DNA of 64,000 bases from Limisphaerales bacterium (GTDB lineage: Bacteria; Verrucomicrobiota; Verrucomicrobiia; Limisphaerales; JAJOIW01). The position numbers and the translations under genes are program-made. How positions within the stretch are numbered: position 1 is the stretch's first letter; each line of letters starts with the position of its first letter. The stretch spans positions 192,001-256,000 of the forward strand of contig CBFHOE010000007.1 in the NCBI GenBank assembly GCA_965657355.1. The letters run 5' to 3'. Of this stretch, positions 48,633-57,626 are shown piece by piece. The notes beneath the pieces were generated by a model. The model saw only the letters and a program-made list of their open reading frames with translations, was not told the DNA's origin and ran no database searches.

Positions 48633-49688
48633 TTAATTGCTGCCTTCGTCTGAAAATGGTGTCTTTGCGATGGTTAATTTTCCCGTTTTGGATGTCCTTT
48701 CCATCTTCCAATCCAATAATTGGCCAACGTCCCAGTGGTCTTTTTTCACCATAGCTAAACCAAAGAAAGAATTCGAATTTTTAGCCTTGGCGACGGATGT
48801 TACTTGCCCAACAAGTTTTCCATCGAAGAGCACTTGGATATCCTCATGCATGGATGGGAGAGGCTCATGAAAACGGACCCCCACAATTTTTTTTGTAATA
48901 GAACCCATTGCTCGAAGCCTGTTGAGCACCTCTTGCCCGATGTAGCATCCTTTTTGGTAGCTGATGCCGGTTAAGTCCAGGCCTCCTTCTGGAGGCAAGT
49001 TTTTCTCAGTGAGATCCACTCCGTATTTGGGTATACCACATTGAATTCTCCAGTGGTCTAAGTCTTCTTTTGACAAATGATAAATAGGTCCGATTTCATT
49101 CGTTTCACTGCTCTTTTCAATAGCTTTTTTGAACGCCATCTCGCTGCCAGTAGGGATGTAAGCATCTATCTCGGGCCCAAGGCCCCTGGCTGGGTTAGAT
49201 AAATAGATTTCGCCAATATTTTCAGTTTCTAATTTAAAAATAGAATTGGGCTTGGTGAAGTCAAAAGAGGAAACCCGAGCGTCGAATGCGACGATCAAAT
49301 CAAGAGCTTTAGGCCCAAAAAAAGCAAAATGTTTGTAGTGCACATTGGCATCTACAACTTCAACGTCATCAGCGACTATATGGTGATCAAATCTCTCAAT
49401 GAGCGATTGCTGTGTATTAGTTTCAACATCTAATAAAATTTCATTTGGGAGAATAAAGACAAAGCCGTCCGAGATCATCCTCCCCTTATTCGTCACGAAT
49501 GTTGTAAAGGCCCCATGCCAATCGCCTAAATTAGAAATATCTTGAGTCGTTTGACCTTGCAGGAACCGGGTTCTGTCATCACCTAACAAAACAAGAGAGC
49601 CACGAGCGGAGAGATCTGACAGAGCCACACCACTCATCGCTGCTGGATTACCACTATTCATGAGATCCGAATGTGCACCAGAAACCAT
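48633..49688 (-). CDS. ygfZ: Folate-binding protein YgfZ (GcvT family)
   Basis: FLQGQ-T-D and KGCYIGQE signature. Confidence 0.9.
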   Translation of the reverse strand: MVSGAHSDLMNSGNPAAMSGVALSDLSARGSLVLLGDDRTRFLQGQTTQDISNLGDWHGAFTTFVTNKGRMISDGFVFILPNEILLDVETNTQQSLIERFDHHIVADDVEVVDANVHYKHFAFFGPKALDLIVAFDARVSSFDFTKPNSIFKLETENIGEIYLSNPARGLGPEIDAYIPTGSEMAFKKAIEKSSETNEIGPIYHLSKEDLDHWRIQCGIPKYGVDLTEKNLPPEGGLDLTGISYQKGCYIGQEVLNRLRAMGSITKKIVGVRFHEPLPSMHEDIQVLFDGKLVGQVTSVAKAKNSNSFFGLAMVKKDHWDVGQLLDWKMERTSKTGKLTIAKTPFSDEGSN

Positions 49689-49766
49689 TCAATTTCAAAA
49701 ACTTATTCATTGAAGATTATCTTGAGGAGAAGCATTGCCAAGCAAAGCCAAAAACCATTCAATGGC

Positions 49767-51296
49767 ATGGTGAAGACTGGTGAGGAAACCCTAACGAATG
49801 AGATATTGAGCGCTAGACAGAGAGTCTACGCCATAGGAAATAGAACACCACTCCAGCAACTGGATGGTCTCGAAATTAATGGTCAACTATGGACCAAAAG
49901 AGAAGATCTCTCACCAATCAGATCATACAAATGGCGCGGAGCTTACAATAAGTTGTCCAAGCTCAGTAAAACGAGCAAAGCCAATGGTGTTGTGGCCGCT
50001 TCAGCCGGCAACCACGCTCAAGGGGTGGCCCTTGGGGCGTCGAGACTCAAGATTCATTCCAAAATATTTATGCCAATCCCAACTCCTCAGCTTAAACGAG
50101 ATTCCGTAAAGCGTCACGGTGGAGATTTCGTGGATGTTGTTTTGGCAGGCGACACCTTCCACGAAGCGGCTTTAGAGGCGGAAAGATGCTCGATTAAAGA
50201 ATCCCGAACCATGATCCACCCTTTCGATGATTTGGATGTTATCGCCGGCCAAGGAACCATAGCAGACGAGATCATCCTAACCGGAGAAGGCCCATTCGAG
50301 GTTGCATTCCTGCAGATCGGAGGTGGGGGCATGGCAGCAGCCGTGAGCTTTTGGCTGAAAAAGTTCTACCCAAGCATAAAAATTATAGGGGTTGAAGGCA
50401 AAGACCAAGCCTCTATGTCGAGAGCTATAGAAGCAGGAAGACCCATTAAATTGGACCACCTCGATGTATTTTGTGATGGCACAGCAGTGAGACAAGTCGG
50501 AGAGCACTCTTATGACATATGCTCAGAAACAATCGATGAAATAGTAACCGTAAGCAACCAAGAAGTCTGCGCTGGAATACAACTCCTTTGGAACCATGGA
50601 AGGATCATACCAGAAACCGCTGGCGCTATGGGCGTCGCAGCTTGGCTTAAAAACAAAGAAAGGTTTGAAGACAAAAAATGTCTAACAGTCATTTGTGGAG
50701 CAAACATGGATTTTGCCAGACTCGCTTGGATAGTCAGAAACGCAGGAATAGGATCAGCCACCAGAATCTATTACCAATTTAAAATACTAGAGAAACCGGG
50801 CACGCTATTTCAAGTGCTGGAAATCGTTCGCTCAAGAGCGAATATAATTGAATTTCAGTATGGCAAAAATAGCCTTTCTGAAGCCTTTCCGGTAATGGGT
50901 TTTGATGCCCACCCAAAATCCTTGGAACAAATTAAAACCGATTTATCATTGGCCGGCATCATTTATAGAGATGTAACAGACTGCCCAACTGTAGAATTTA
51001 AAATGATGCCATGGGATCCTGAGCTCATGCAAAACCCTGTATTTATAAAAGTTGAATTTCCCGAACGAGCTGGAGCTTTATCAGATTTTCTGAAGCAATT
51101 TTATAGCGATGTTAATATAGGCTATTTTAGCTACCAGTATTCGGGTGAACGAGTTGGTAGAGCACTCATAGGATTTGAAATTTTAAAAGACTCTACAAAG
51201 AATTTGGTCGAAAAGTGGAAATCAAAAACACCTGAAGGTTTAAGAGCACTGGAAGTCCTCGAATCAAACAAAATTAATAATAATAGTTTTCATTGA
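49767..51296 (+). CDS. ilvA: Biosynthetic threonine dehydratase with C-terminal regulatory domains
   Basis: KREDL-P--SYKWRGA (PLP Lys), SAGNHAQGVA, GGGG, GANMDF, EKPG and ERAG. ATG 49767 preferred. Confidence 0.9.
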   Translation: MVKTGEETLTNEILSARQRVYAIGNRTPLQQLDGLEINGQLWTKREDLSPIRSYKWRGAYNKLSKLSKTSKANGVVAASAGNHAQGVALGASRLKIHSKIFMPIPTPQLKRDSVKRHGGDFVDVVLAGDTFHEAALEAERCSIKESRTMIHPFDDLDVIAGQGTIADEIILTGEGPFEVAFLQIGGGGMAAAVSFWLKKFYPSIKIIGVEGKDQASMSRAIEAGRPIKLDHLDVFCDGTAVRQVGEHSYDICSETIDEIVTVSNQEVCAGIQLLWNHGRIIPETAGAMGVAAWLKNKERFEDKKCLTVICGANMDFARLAWIVRNAGIGSATRIYYQFKILEKPGTLFQVLEIVRSRANIIEFQYGKNSLSEAFPVMGFDAHPKSLEQIKTDLSLAGIIYRDVTDCPTVEFKMMPWDPELMQNPVFIKVEFPERAGALSDFLKQFYSDVNIGYFSYQYSGERVGRALIGFEILKDSTKNLVEKWKSKTPEGLRALEVLESNKINNNSFH

Positions 51297-51775
51297 TCTT
51301 TGCCCTTTTGTAATTTCACTAAAATAGTTTTCTTGGCCAATGCCTCAAGGCAGTAGCCAAAAACAGCATATATTATACAAAAGAATGGAATCATAAGCTC
51401 ACGATTCATGTGAGATAGGATGAGTGGGATTACCAATAAAGGTGAGTATATCACAATTCCAATTAATGGAGTCATGGCCGCTTGTTTCGAATCAGGATGG
51501 TTTGTGCAATATTCTTCCCACTTTCGAAAAATTGAGCCAAACGGTAGTTGTCTTATTTGTTCCTCCAATATTCCCCCAAGCCAAATCAAGCCTGCAAAAA
51601 TCAGAAATATTAAAATCAGCGATAATATAGGGTTGCTCTTCGTGAAGGCCGAGGGAAGTTTATTTACGATCAATAAGACAATCATCGCCAAAACAGCGTA
51701 GGTAAAAATAGATTTCCCTCGCTTTTTAGGCTTTCTTCTTGAGCCTGCAAAATGCCGAATGAGCTTCAGAAGCAT
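51290..51775 (-). CDS. Hypothetical membrane protein, about 4 TM
   Basis: Basic N-terminus then hydrophobic segments; fills the gap. Confidence 0.6.
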   Translation of the reverse strand: MLLKLIRHFAGSRRKPKKRGKSIFTYAVLAMIVLLIVNKLPSAFTKSNPILSLILIFLIFAGLIWLGGILEEQIRQLPFGSIFRKWEEYCTNHPDSKQAAMTPLIGIVIYSPLLVIPLILSHMNRELMIPFFCIIYAVFGYCLEALAKKTILVKLQKGKDQ

Positions 51776-51875
51776 AATAGTAACAGAGTAAAACAGTTAG
51801 GCTCCCGATGCACCAGAAATAACAATCAGGATATTGGATTTGAAAAGATACTGTGATATTTTCACTCTAAGAAAG

Positions 51876-52727
51876 ATGGATTGGTATTACGCTAAAAACA
51901 CCCAAAAGATGGGGCCGGTTTCCAAAGAAGACATTCAAGAATTATGGGACAACGGTGAGATAGATCTCGACACACTCGTTTGGCATGAAGGTCTGACCGA
52001 ATGGTTACCTCTTGAAAAGCATGAAGATTACATCGATCTAAATTCAAAAGTAGTAACTCCAATCCCTGAATCCCAGAAAGAAAAAAATGAAATCACTTTC
52101 GAAGATTACACCCCCAATTGGACTTACTTTCTTCGACGCGGAGTTGCCTGGATAGTAGATGTTTTGATTGTGGTCATGATTGTCGGGATTTTATCCATCT
52201 ACACTTACAGTTTTTTCCAAAAAGATGGAGAGGAGTTTATTAAAGACTACTTTCAGCTTGCTGCCGGAGAAGTCCTAAAAAATGATGAAAACTTGGGATC
52301 AGAGTCCAAAGGGGCAGAAGTCGAACCAACTAATCAGGGAACTTTTAGAGAGCAAATCCTTCAAAACCTCGAACAACAACAACAGAATGCAAATAAGATA
52401 AGTGAAAAATACCCATCCTTCCAATACTGGCAAATGGGTGTCACTTTTGTCTTCTGGATTCTCTATGATACACTTCTCATGGTTTATTTGGGCGGCAGTA
52501 TCGGCAAAAAAATAACCGCACTTAGAGTCGCTAACAAACAGGGAACACCGGTAACGTTTTACAATGCTTTTTCAAAAAGTATAACTAGGGTTATTACTAC
52601 ACTTTTCGTTTATCTCATACCAATTTCTGTTGTTGTTGTTTTTATGACTAGGCCGCACCGATCTCTTAGTGACCTAATTCCAAGAACACTAGTCATGCCA
52701 GACCACCTTGTGAAAAAAGATAAATAG
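51876..52727 (+). CDS. RDD family membrane protein with N-terminal GYF_2 domain
   Basis: WYY...GP...LVWHEGL-EW (GYF_2); RR-VAWIVD, SIGKK, LSDL (RDD). ATG 51876 fits TTGAAA-N17-CACTCT-N7. Confidence 0.88.
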   Translation: MDWYYAKNTQKMGPVSKEDIQELWDNGEIDLDTLVWHEGLTEWLPLEKHEDYIDLNSKVVTPIPESQKEKNEITFEDYTPNWTYFLRRGVAWIVDVLIVVMIVGILSIYTYSFFQKDGEEFIKDYFQLAAGEVLKNDENLGSESKGAEVEPTNQGTFREQILQNLEQQQQNANKISEKYPSFQYWQMGVTFVFWILYDTLLMVYLGGSIGKKITALRVANKQGTPVTFYNAFSKSITRVITTLFVYLIPISVVVVFMTRPHRSLSDLIPRTLVMPDHLVKKDK

Positions 52728-52729
52728 AT

Positions 52730-53404
52730 TTATTTAATTTCTTTTATCCAAAGATCTTTATACCAAGCTTCTGAGGGAGGGCCTGAGTGGATCTGTAAGG
52801 CGATCAACCCAAATTGCTCCAATGACTTATCGGCCTCGACATAGTCAACCGTCATCTGACCATTGATCCATAATTGCACTCTCCTACCAACTGCCTTTAT
52901 CTTATATTCGTTCCAATCATTTGGTTTGAGTACTTTCATAACATCATTCAGATTTGCTGTGGCTATCATTTTTCTTCTTCGAGATTCATCATACAAGGAT
53001 CCCCAGTATTTCTGCCCCAAATCAGCCTGATAACCAATCATCTCGTGATGATTAGGAATTCGTTGTGATCTAATTTGGATTCCGGCATTTGGATTTTTAC
53101 CTACCAACTTAAATTTGGCTCGAAGAATAAAATCATTATAACTTTTCTTTGTGGCGAGAAATTGATTATGAGGGATTCGGTTTTCAAGTTGCCCACCTAC
53201 AATGGCTCCACTTTCGATTCTAAAGGAATCCAATGGCCCTTCCCAACCGGTAAAATCTTTACCATTAAATAACGGAGCAAATCCATCAGGAATCTTGTTA
53301 CTTTGCCCAAACCCTGACAGTGCGATGAATAAAAATATAATAACAAACAATGCCCATGATTTAGAAATACTAAACCGCCTGTTATGATGATCAATGGAAT
53401 ACAT
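52730..53404 (-). CDS. DUF1080 (3-keto-disaccharide hydrolase-like) secreted protein
   Basis: LFNGKDFTGW, NAGIQIR, GYQAD, WNEY, IALQIH. Confidence 0.92.
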   Translation of the reverse strand: MYSIDHHNRRFSISKSWALFVIIFLFIALSGFGQSNKIPDGFAPLFNGKDFTGWEGPLDSFRIESGAIVGGQLENRIPHNQFLATKKSYNDFILRAKFKLVGKNPNAGIQIRSQRIPNHHEMIGYQADLGQKYWGSLYDESRRRKMIATANLNDVMKVLKPNDWNEYKIKAVGRRVQLWINGQMTVDYVEADKSLEQFGLIALQIHSGPPSEAWYKDLWIKEIK

Positions 53405-53445
53405 ATTACGAGGCTAGCATCATTTGCAAGATCACGCATATATTT

Positions 53446-55950
53446 TTATATTCTGTTTACCCTGAGATTTCGGAGAAAATTTAGAATTTCTAACTGGAGC
53501 ATCTTCTCCTTTTCACCTACTTTGCTAAGGATTAAATAAAGGTATTTTTGAGACTTTTCAAAACTTGGGTCATGGTTCAAGGACTCCATAAATTTTTCAC
53601 TCGCAGAGACATAATCATTACTATTCATACCTTTTAATCCATCTAGATACGACTTGAATGCCTTTCGACATTTTAACCATTTTGTTGAGAGCTCAATGTC
53701 AGTAACTACCATGGGGTTAGACTGATTCCTATTGGTAGACCACGAGTCGTCGAGTCCTTTGGAAATCCATTCAAGCAGTTGCGAACGCCTTGGTCGCGGT
53801 GAATAGGGAATAGAAGCTAGAATAGTTTGATCTAAAAGGTTACCTATTTCTTTCTCCCCTATCCTATTTTCCAGCCAATTTTCACCTCCTAAAAACCCGT
53901 AAAATATATCAAATACTTCGAATTCCTCCCTGATATCATCGGATTTATTCCATTCTTGGAGACGATTGTTTATTTGATCTAAACTTGGAGATACAGAGTC
54001 TTCATTACCTCCGATAAACCCAATGAGTGGATTGTCTGTTTCTTCGTCGAGCACGACGACTTGAACATTTTCCATATTTTTCAAAAATGTGTGCGAAAGA
54101 ATCCGTGTTGATTGATAACTAACTTGACTAATAGGCCACCATAAAAAGAGCCATCCATCATCACTGAGATTTGATCTCAACATTTGAAAAATTTCATCTG
54201 CCAAATAAACTCCATATTCAGGTAAAGAGGGATGGAGCGAATCAATAATGATCAAATCGTATTTATCTTTTTTGCCGATTAAGCAATCAATGAGATTTTG
54301 ACCTAAAGCTTCCTTATGTTTTCCTAAACTATAAATTGGGTCGCTCGCATATTCACTTTTCGGAAAAGTATTCACTAATGAGTGGTGCATAAAATTTACT
54401 GGAACAACGTGCTTTCCTTTGATGCCACGGCCAACATTTCGATTTTGGTATCTCAAGGCCTGTCCAAATTCTGGATTAAAACCGAAATATAAATAACTAT
54501 CGCAATTTGGCTTCCACAAAGATGAGAATAAATTTTTCTTGATTTGATTTTCACCAGTAAAAAGTATTTGTGAATTCCATCGAAATGAAGGAGTGCGTCT
54601 CCCTTCAGAAATTTCAATTAAGCCACATTTATCTTCGATAATAATTTGTGTACTTTCCTGAGTGGAGGCAGATTCGTCAAATTTAACCGGAGATAACTCA
54701 ATTAAAAATATCAGTGAAAAGCCAGTAATTGTTATTGCCAGAGCAACCCATGTTCGAGTGACATTTGGAATTAGTAGAAAGAACATTTGTGGTAATGCAG
54801 CCGCTACCCACGAAACGCCAATAAGTGGTATCAAAAAGTCCTGAAGAAAACTGACCGAACCCAAAAAAGTAAACATACACCATATTGGAAAATAAGACCT
54901 TTGCCCTGCATGTGGTTGAAACGCCCAAATAAATACAGAAACTAAAAAGCCAAGACTGAATGCAAATGGTCCGAAACATAACAAGGAAATAAGAATATCA
55001 AACCAAATCTGGGCGTATGTGCTATCCCCACAAAATAGCCAGGCTATGTATCCCATTTTATAAATATTTTTAAGACTGAGGAACGAAACAAGACAAGTAG
55101 ACACTATAATAAAAATGCCTGAATTGAGAACAGCAGGTCTTCCTCTAAATTTTTCTGGAACCACCACATTTGAAACAATACCGCCAATCAAAAAACTAAT
55201 TAAAAATCCAGCCAAGTGAAGCACGCTTGAAAAATAGTTATTTTCAGATACCTGCTTTAAATACCAGAAGCCAAGTTGCACCATCAAAATAGTGAGAATG
55301 GATGTAACACAAATAGAAAAAAAATAACGATTTTTAGTTAATACACCCTCACCGGCGGATACGTTAAAATTGCCTATACTGGCATTAGATTCATTACTAA
55401 AAAGTGCATAAAAAACCAGAACTAAGATTAGAACGCATGCACTAACAAGTATCACCCCGATATTCCCATAATTAACAACGATTGGTATACGGACTAAAAC
55501 GCCGAGTAAAATCCCGGTAAAAAAGAAAATAACCCAACATAAAATGCGACTTTGATCAGCTTGCTTGGAATAAATTTGTTTTTCGGCTGACCATTGTAAA
55601 ATTTTGAATACCGAGTAAATAAAAATGGTTAGGGATAAAAAACTTACAGCAGGGTTGAGAGCAATCTCGACAGGGTTTCTAATGAGCAAGAATGCAAATA
55701 CTCCAAAGCAAGTTATGGACAAACTGCACACCAACATATCCTGGTATATCTTTCGTTCTTTCTTGATTTTCTTCAAAAAAACCTCGAACAAGATCAAAAC
55801 TAAACTAAAAAGTATAAACTCTAGAGTCCGCAGCTCGGCAGTAATTGCAGATACAAGCTGAAAAAATATAAGACAAATGGATGCCACCAAAAAACCTGAT
55901 AGAATAGGAATCATGTTAAGGAGCATAGTCCGCCAATTTTTTTGATTCAC
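53446..55950 (-). CDS. Multi-TM membrane protein with degenerate spermidine-synthase/methyltransferase-like domain
   Basis: About 13 hydrophobic segments, then KYDLIIIDSLHP...FQMLRSNLSDDG...WWP; TPR-like tail. Confidence 0.6.
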   Translation of the reverse strand: MNQKNWRTMLLNMIPILSGFLVASICLIFFQLVSAITAELRTLEFILFSLVLILFEVFLKKIKKERKIYQDMLVCSLSITCFGVFAFLLIRNPVEIALNPAVSFLSLTIFIYSVFKILQWSAEKQIYSKQADQSRILCWVIFFFTGILLGVLVRIPIVVNYGNIGVILVSACVLILVLVFYALFSNESNASIGNFNVSAGEGVLTKNRYFFSICVTSILTILMVQLGFWYLKQVSENNYFSSVLHLAGFLISFLIGGIVSNVVVPEKFRGRPAVLNSGIFIIVSTCLVSFLSLKNIYKMGYIAWLFCGDSTYAQIWFDILISLLCFGPFAFSLGFLVSVFIWAFQPHAGQRSYFPIWCMFTFLGSVSFLQDFLIPLIGVSWVAAALPQMFFLLIPNVTRTWVALAITITGFSLIFLIELSPVKFDESASTQESTQIIIEDKCGLIEISEGRRTPSFRWNSQILFTGENQIKKNLFSSLWKPNCDSYLYFGFNPEFGQALRYQNRNVGRGIKGKHVVPVNFMHHSLVNTFPKSEYASDPIYSLGKHKEALGQNLIDCLIGKKDKYDLIIIDSLHPSLPEYGVYLADEIFQMLRSNLSDDGWLFLWWPISQVSYQSTRILSHTFLKNMENVQVVVLDEETDNPLIGFIGGNEDSVSPSLDQINNRLQEWNKSDDIREEFEVFDIFYGFLGGENWLENRIGEKEIGNLLDQTILASIPYSPRPRRSQLLEWISKGLDDSWSTNRNQSNPMVVTDIELSTKWLKCRKAFKSYLDGLKGMNSNDYVSASEKFMESLNHDPSFEKSQKYLYLILSKVGEKEKMLQLEILNFLRNLRVNRI

Positions 55951-56112
55951 TTTAGCAGAATCATTTATCGGAAATGATGCGTCAATGCGTTTGTCTCATT
56001 CCTTTTACTTTTGATATTTGTCTCACCAGCTCTTCTCTTCTTGCAAGAATGCCATTGGAATACCATTCTTGTTTTTAGATGAAGGGTACGGAGAGGATAA
56101 AGATCGATTAAT

Positions 56113-57153
56113 ATGAGGAATGCAAATTATAAATGCTCTTCAATCAAGCCGTACATCTCAATTATTCTACCGGTTTTTAATGGCGAAAAGACCCTGGAGA
56201 AGGCCATCTATTCATTGGGCAGCTTAGGCGGGATTGATGCGGAACTCATTATTATAGACGACGGATCCACAGATGGAACGCATAACATTCTTAATCAGAT
56301 AAAGAAGAATCTAAGTGGGGAGCCAATAAAGGTTATTAGGACCAGACATATTGGAGTTGCTGACGCCGCCAACATGGCAATCAGCTACGCGAAAGGGGAC
56401 TGGATTGCTAGGATTGACGCGGATGATTGGTCAAGCCCTCACAGATTAAGGCAGCAGCTTAGCCTTGCCCAGAATGAGAACCTGGACATTGTGAGTTGCT
56501 TCGTAAAGATTGTCACACCAGATGGATTTCCTGTTATTAGTTTACAGGACTATGAACAATGGCTCAATAGTTGTGTTACGCCTGAAGATATTCTAGCATC
56601 TCGATTTATTGAGCTTCCTATCCCCAATCCTACAATTCTAGCCAAAAGAGAAGTATTTGAGCTTGGATTCAGGAATGGAAACTACCCAGAGGATTATGAT
56701 TTATGGCTCAGGGCAATGTCGGCAGGTTTCCGGCCCGGTAAAGTCCCACGTACATTGTATTGGTGGACAGACCATCCAAATCGTGTAACTAGAACACAAT
56801 CGATCTACACGAAAGCAGCTTTTCTCAATGCCAAAAAGCTTCACCTTTTCGATGGCCCCTTAGCTGGTGTGACTGAATGCGATTTTTGGGGCGCAGGTCT
56901 TGAGGGAAAGCCCTGGATACGCTGGTTTTTGAACCAGGGAATAAAAATTCGTAATATCATTGACGTGAACCCTAATAAAGTTGGCCAAGTTATACATGGA
57001 TCACAGGTTATTTTGCCTGAGAGAATTAATACAACACCTCCTCTCCCATTGTTTATTGGAGTTGGGGTACCCGAGGGAAGAAAAAAAATTAAGGATTTCA
57101 TTCTGTCCCATCTACCACACACACCAGGACAGGACGCTTGGTTCCTAGCATAA
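56113..57153 (+). CDS. GT2 glycosyltransferase with C-terminal Rossmann-like domain
   Basis: SIILPVFNG, IDDGSTD, RIDADD, EDYDLWLR, WGAG--GK. Confidence 0.9.
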   Translation: MRNANYKCSSIKPYISIILPVFNGEKTLEKAIYSLGSLGGIDAELIIIDDGSTDGTHNILNQIKKNLSGEPIKVIRTRHIGVADAANMAISYAKGDWIARIDADDWSSPHRLRQQLSLAQNENLDIVSCFVKIVTPDGFPVISLQDYEQWLNSCVTPEDILASRFIELPIPNPTILAKREVFELGFRNGNYPEDYDLWLRAMSAGFRPGKVPRTLYWWTDHPNRVTRTQSIYTKAAFLNAKKLHLFDGPLAGVTECDFWGAGLEGKPWIRWFLNQGIKIRNIIDVNPNKVGQVIHGSQVILPERINTTPPLPLFIGVGVPEGRKKIKDFILSHLPHTPGQDAWFLA

Positions 57154-57207
57154 GGAAATACTAGGAATAGGATTTCAATATTTGATAAAAAAGCTATCTT
57201 CAATTCT

Positions 57208-57594
57208 ATGAGTCACCAGGAAATATCTCAATCGAATGTCATGGGACAGCCATTAAAACCATGTAGCATGAATCCCCTCACTGGATTTTATCGCAACGGC
57301 CACTGCTGCACAGGCCCGGGGGATACTGGATTGCATACCGTTTGCGTGGTGGTAACAGAGGAGTTTTTGGAGTTTTCCAGAAATGTTGGAAACGATTTGA
57401 GCACCCCGATACCGGCCTACAATTTCCCTGGTCTCGTTTCAGGAGATAGATGGTGCCTATGCGTCACGAGATGGGTTGAAGCTTTTAAAGCAGATAAAAC
57501 TCCAAAGGTGATTTTGGAGGCAACCCACATTTCAGCTTTAGAATTTGTTGATCTTGAAGATCTTAAAAAACACCAATTCAAACCAAATCCTTAA
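57208..57594 (+). CDS. DUF2237 family protein
   Basis: NV-G--L--CS--P-TGFYR-G-C, G-HTVC, GNDLSTP, WCLC--RW. Confidence 0.92.
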   Translation: MSHQEISQSNVMGQPLKPCSMNPLTGFYRNGHCCTGPGDTGLHTVCVVVTEEFLEFSRNVGNDLSTPIPAYNFPGLVSGDRWCLCVTRWVEAFKADKTPKVILEATHISALEFVDLEDLKKHQFKPNP

Positions 57595-57626
57595 GTAGGA
57601 TTAGAATCTAAGATATAATATTATAT

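Noticed and set aside
56113..57153. GT2 gene as a horizontally acquired island
   Set aside because: Codon usage looked slightly different, but I cannot quantify it and there are no flanking mobility signals.
57608..57626. Palindrome ATATAATATTATAT between DUF2237 and purF
   Set aside because: Pure AT and low complexity; likely chance or a weak terminator.
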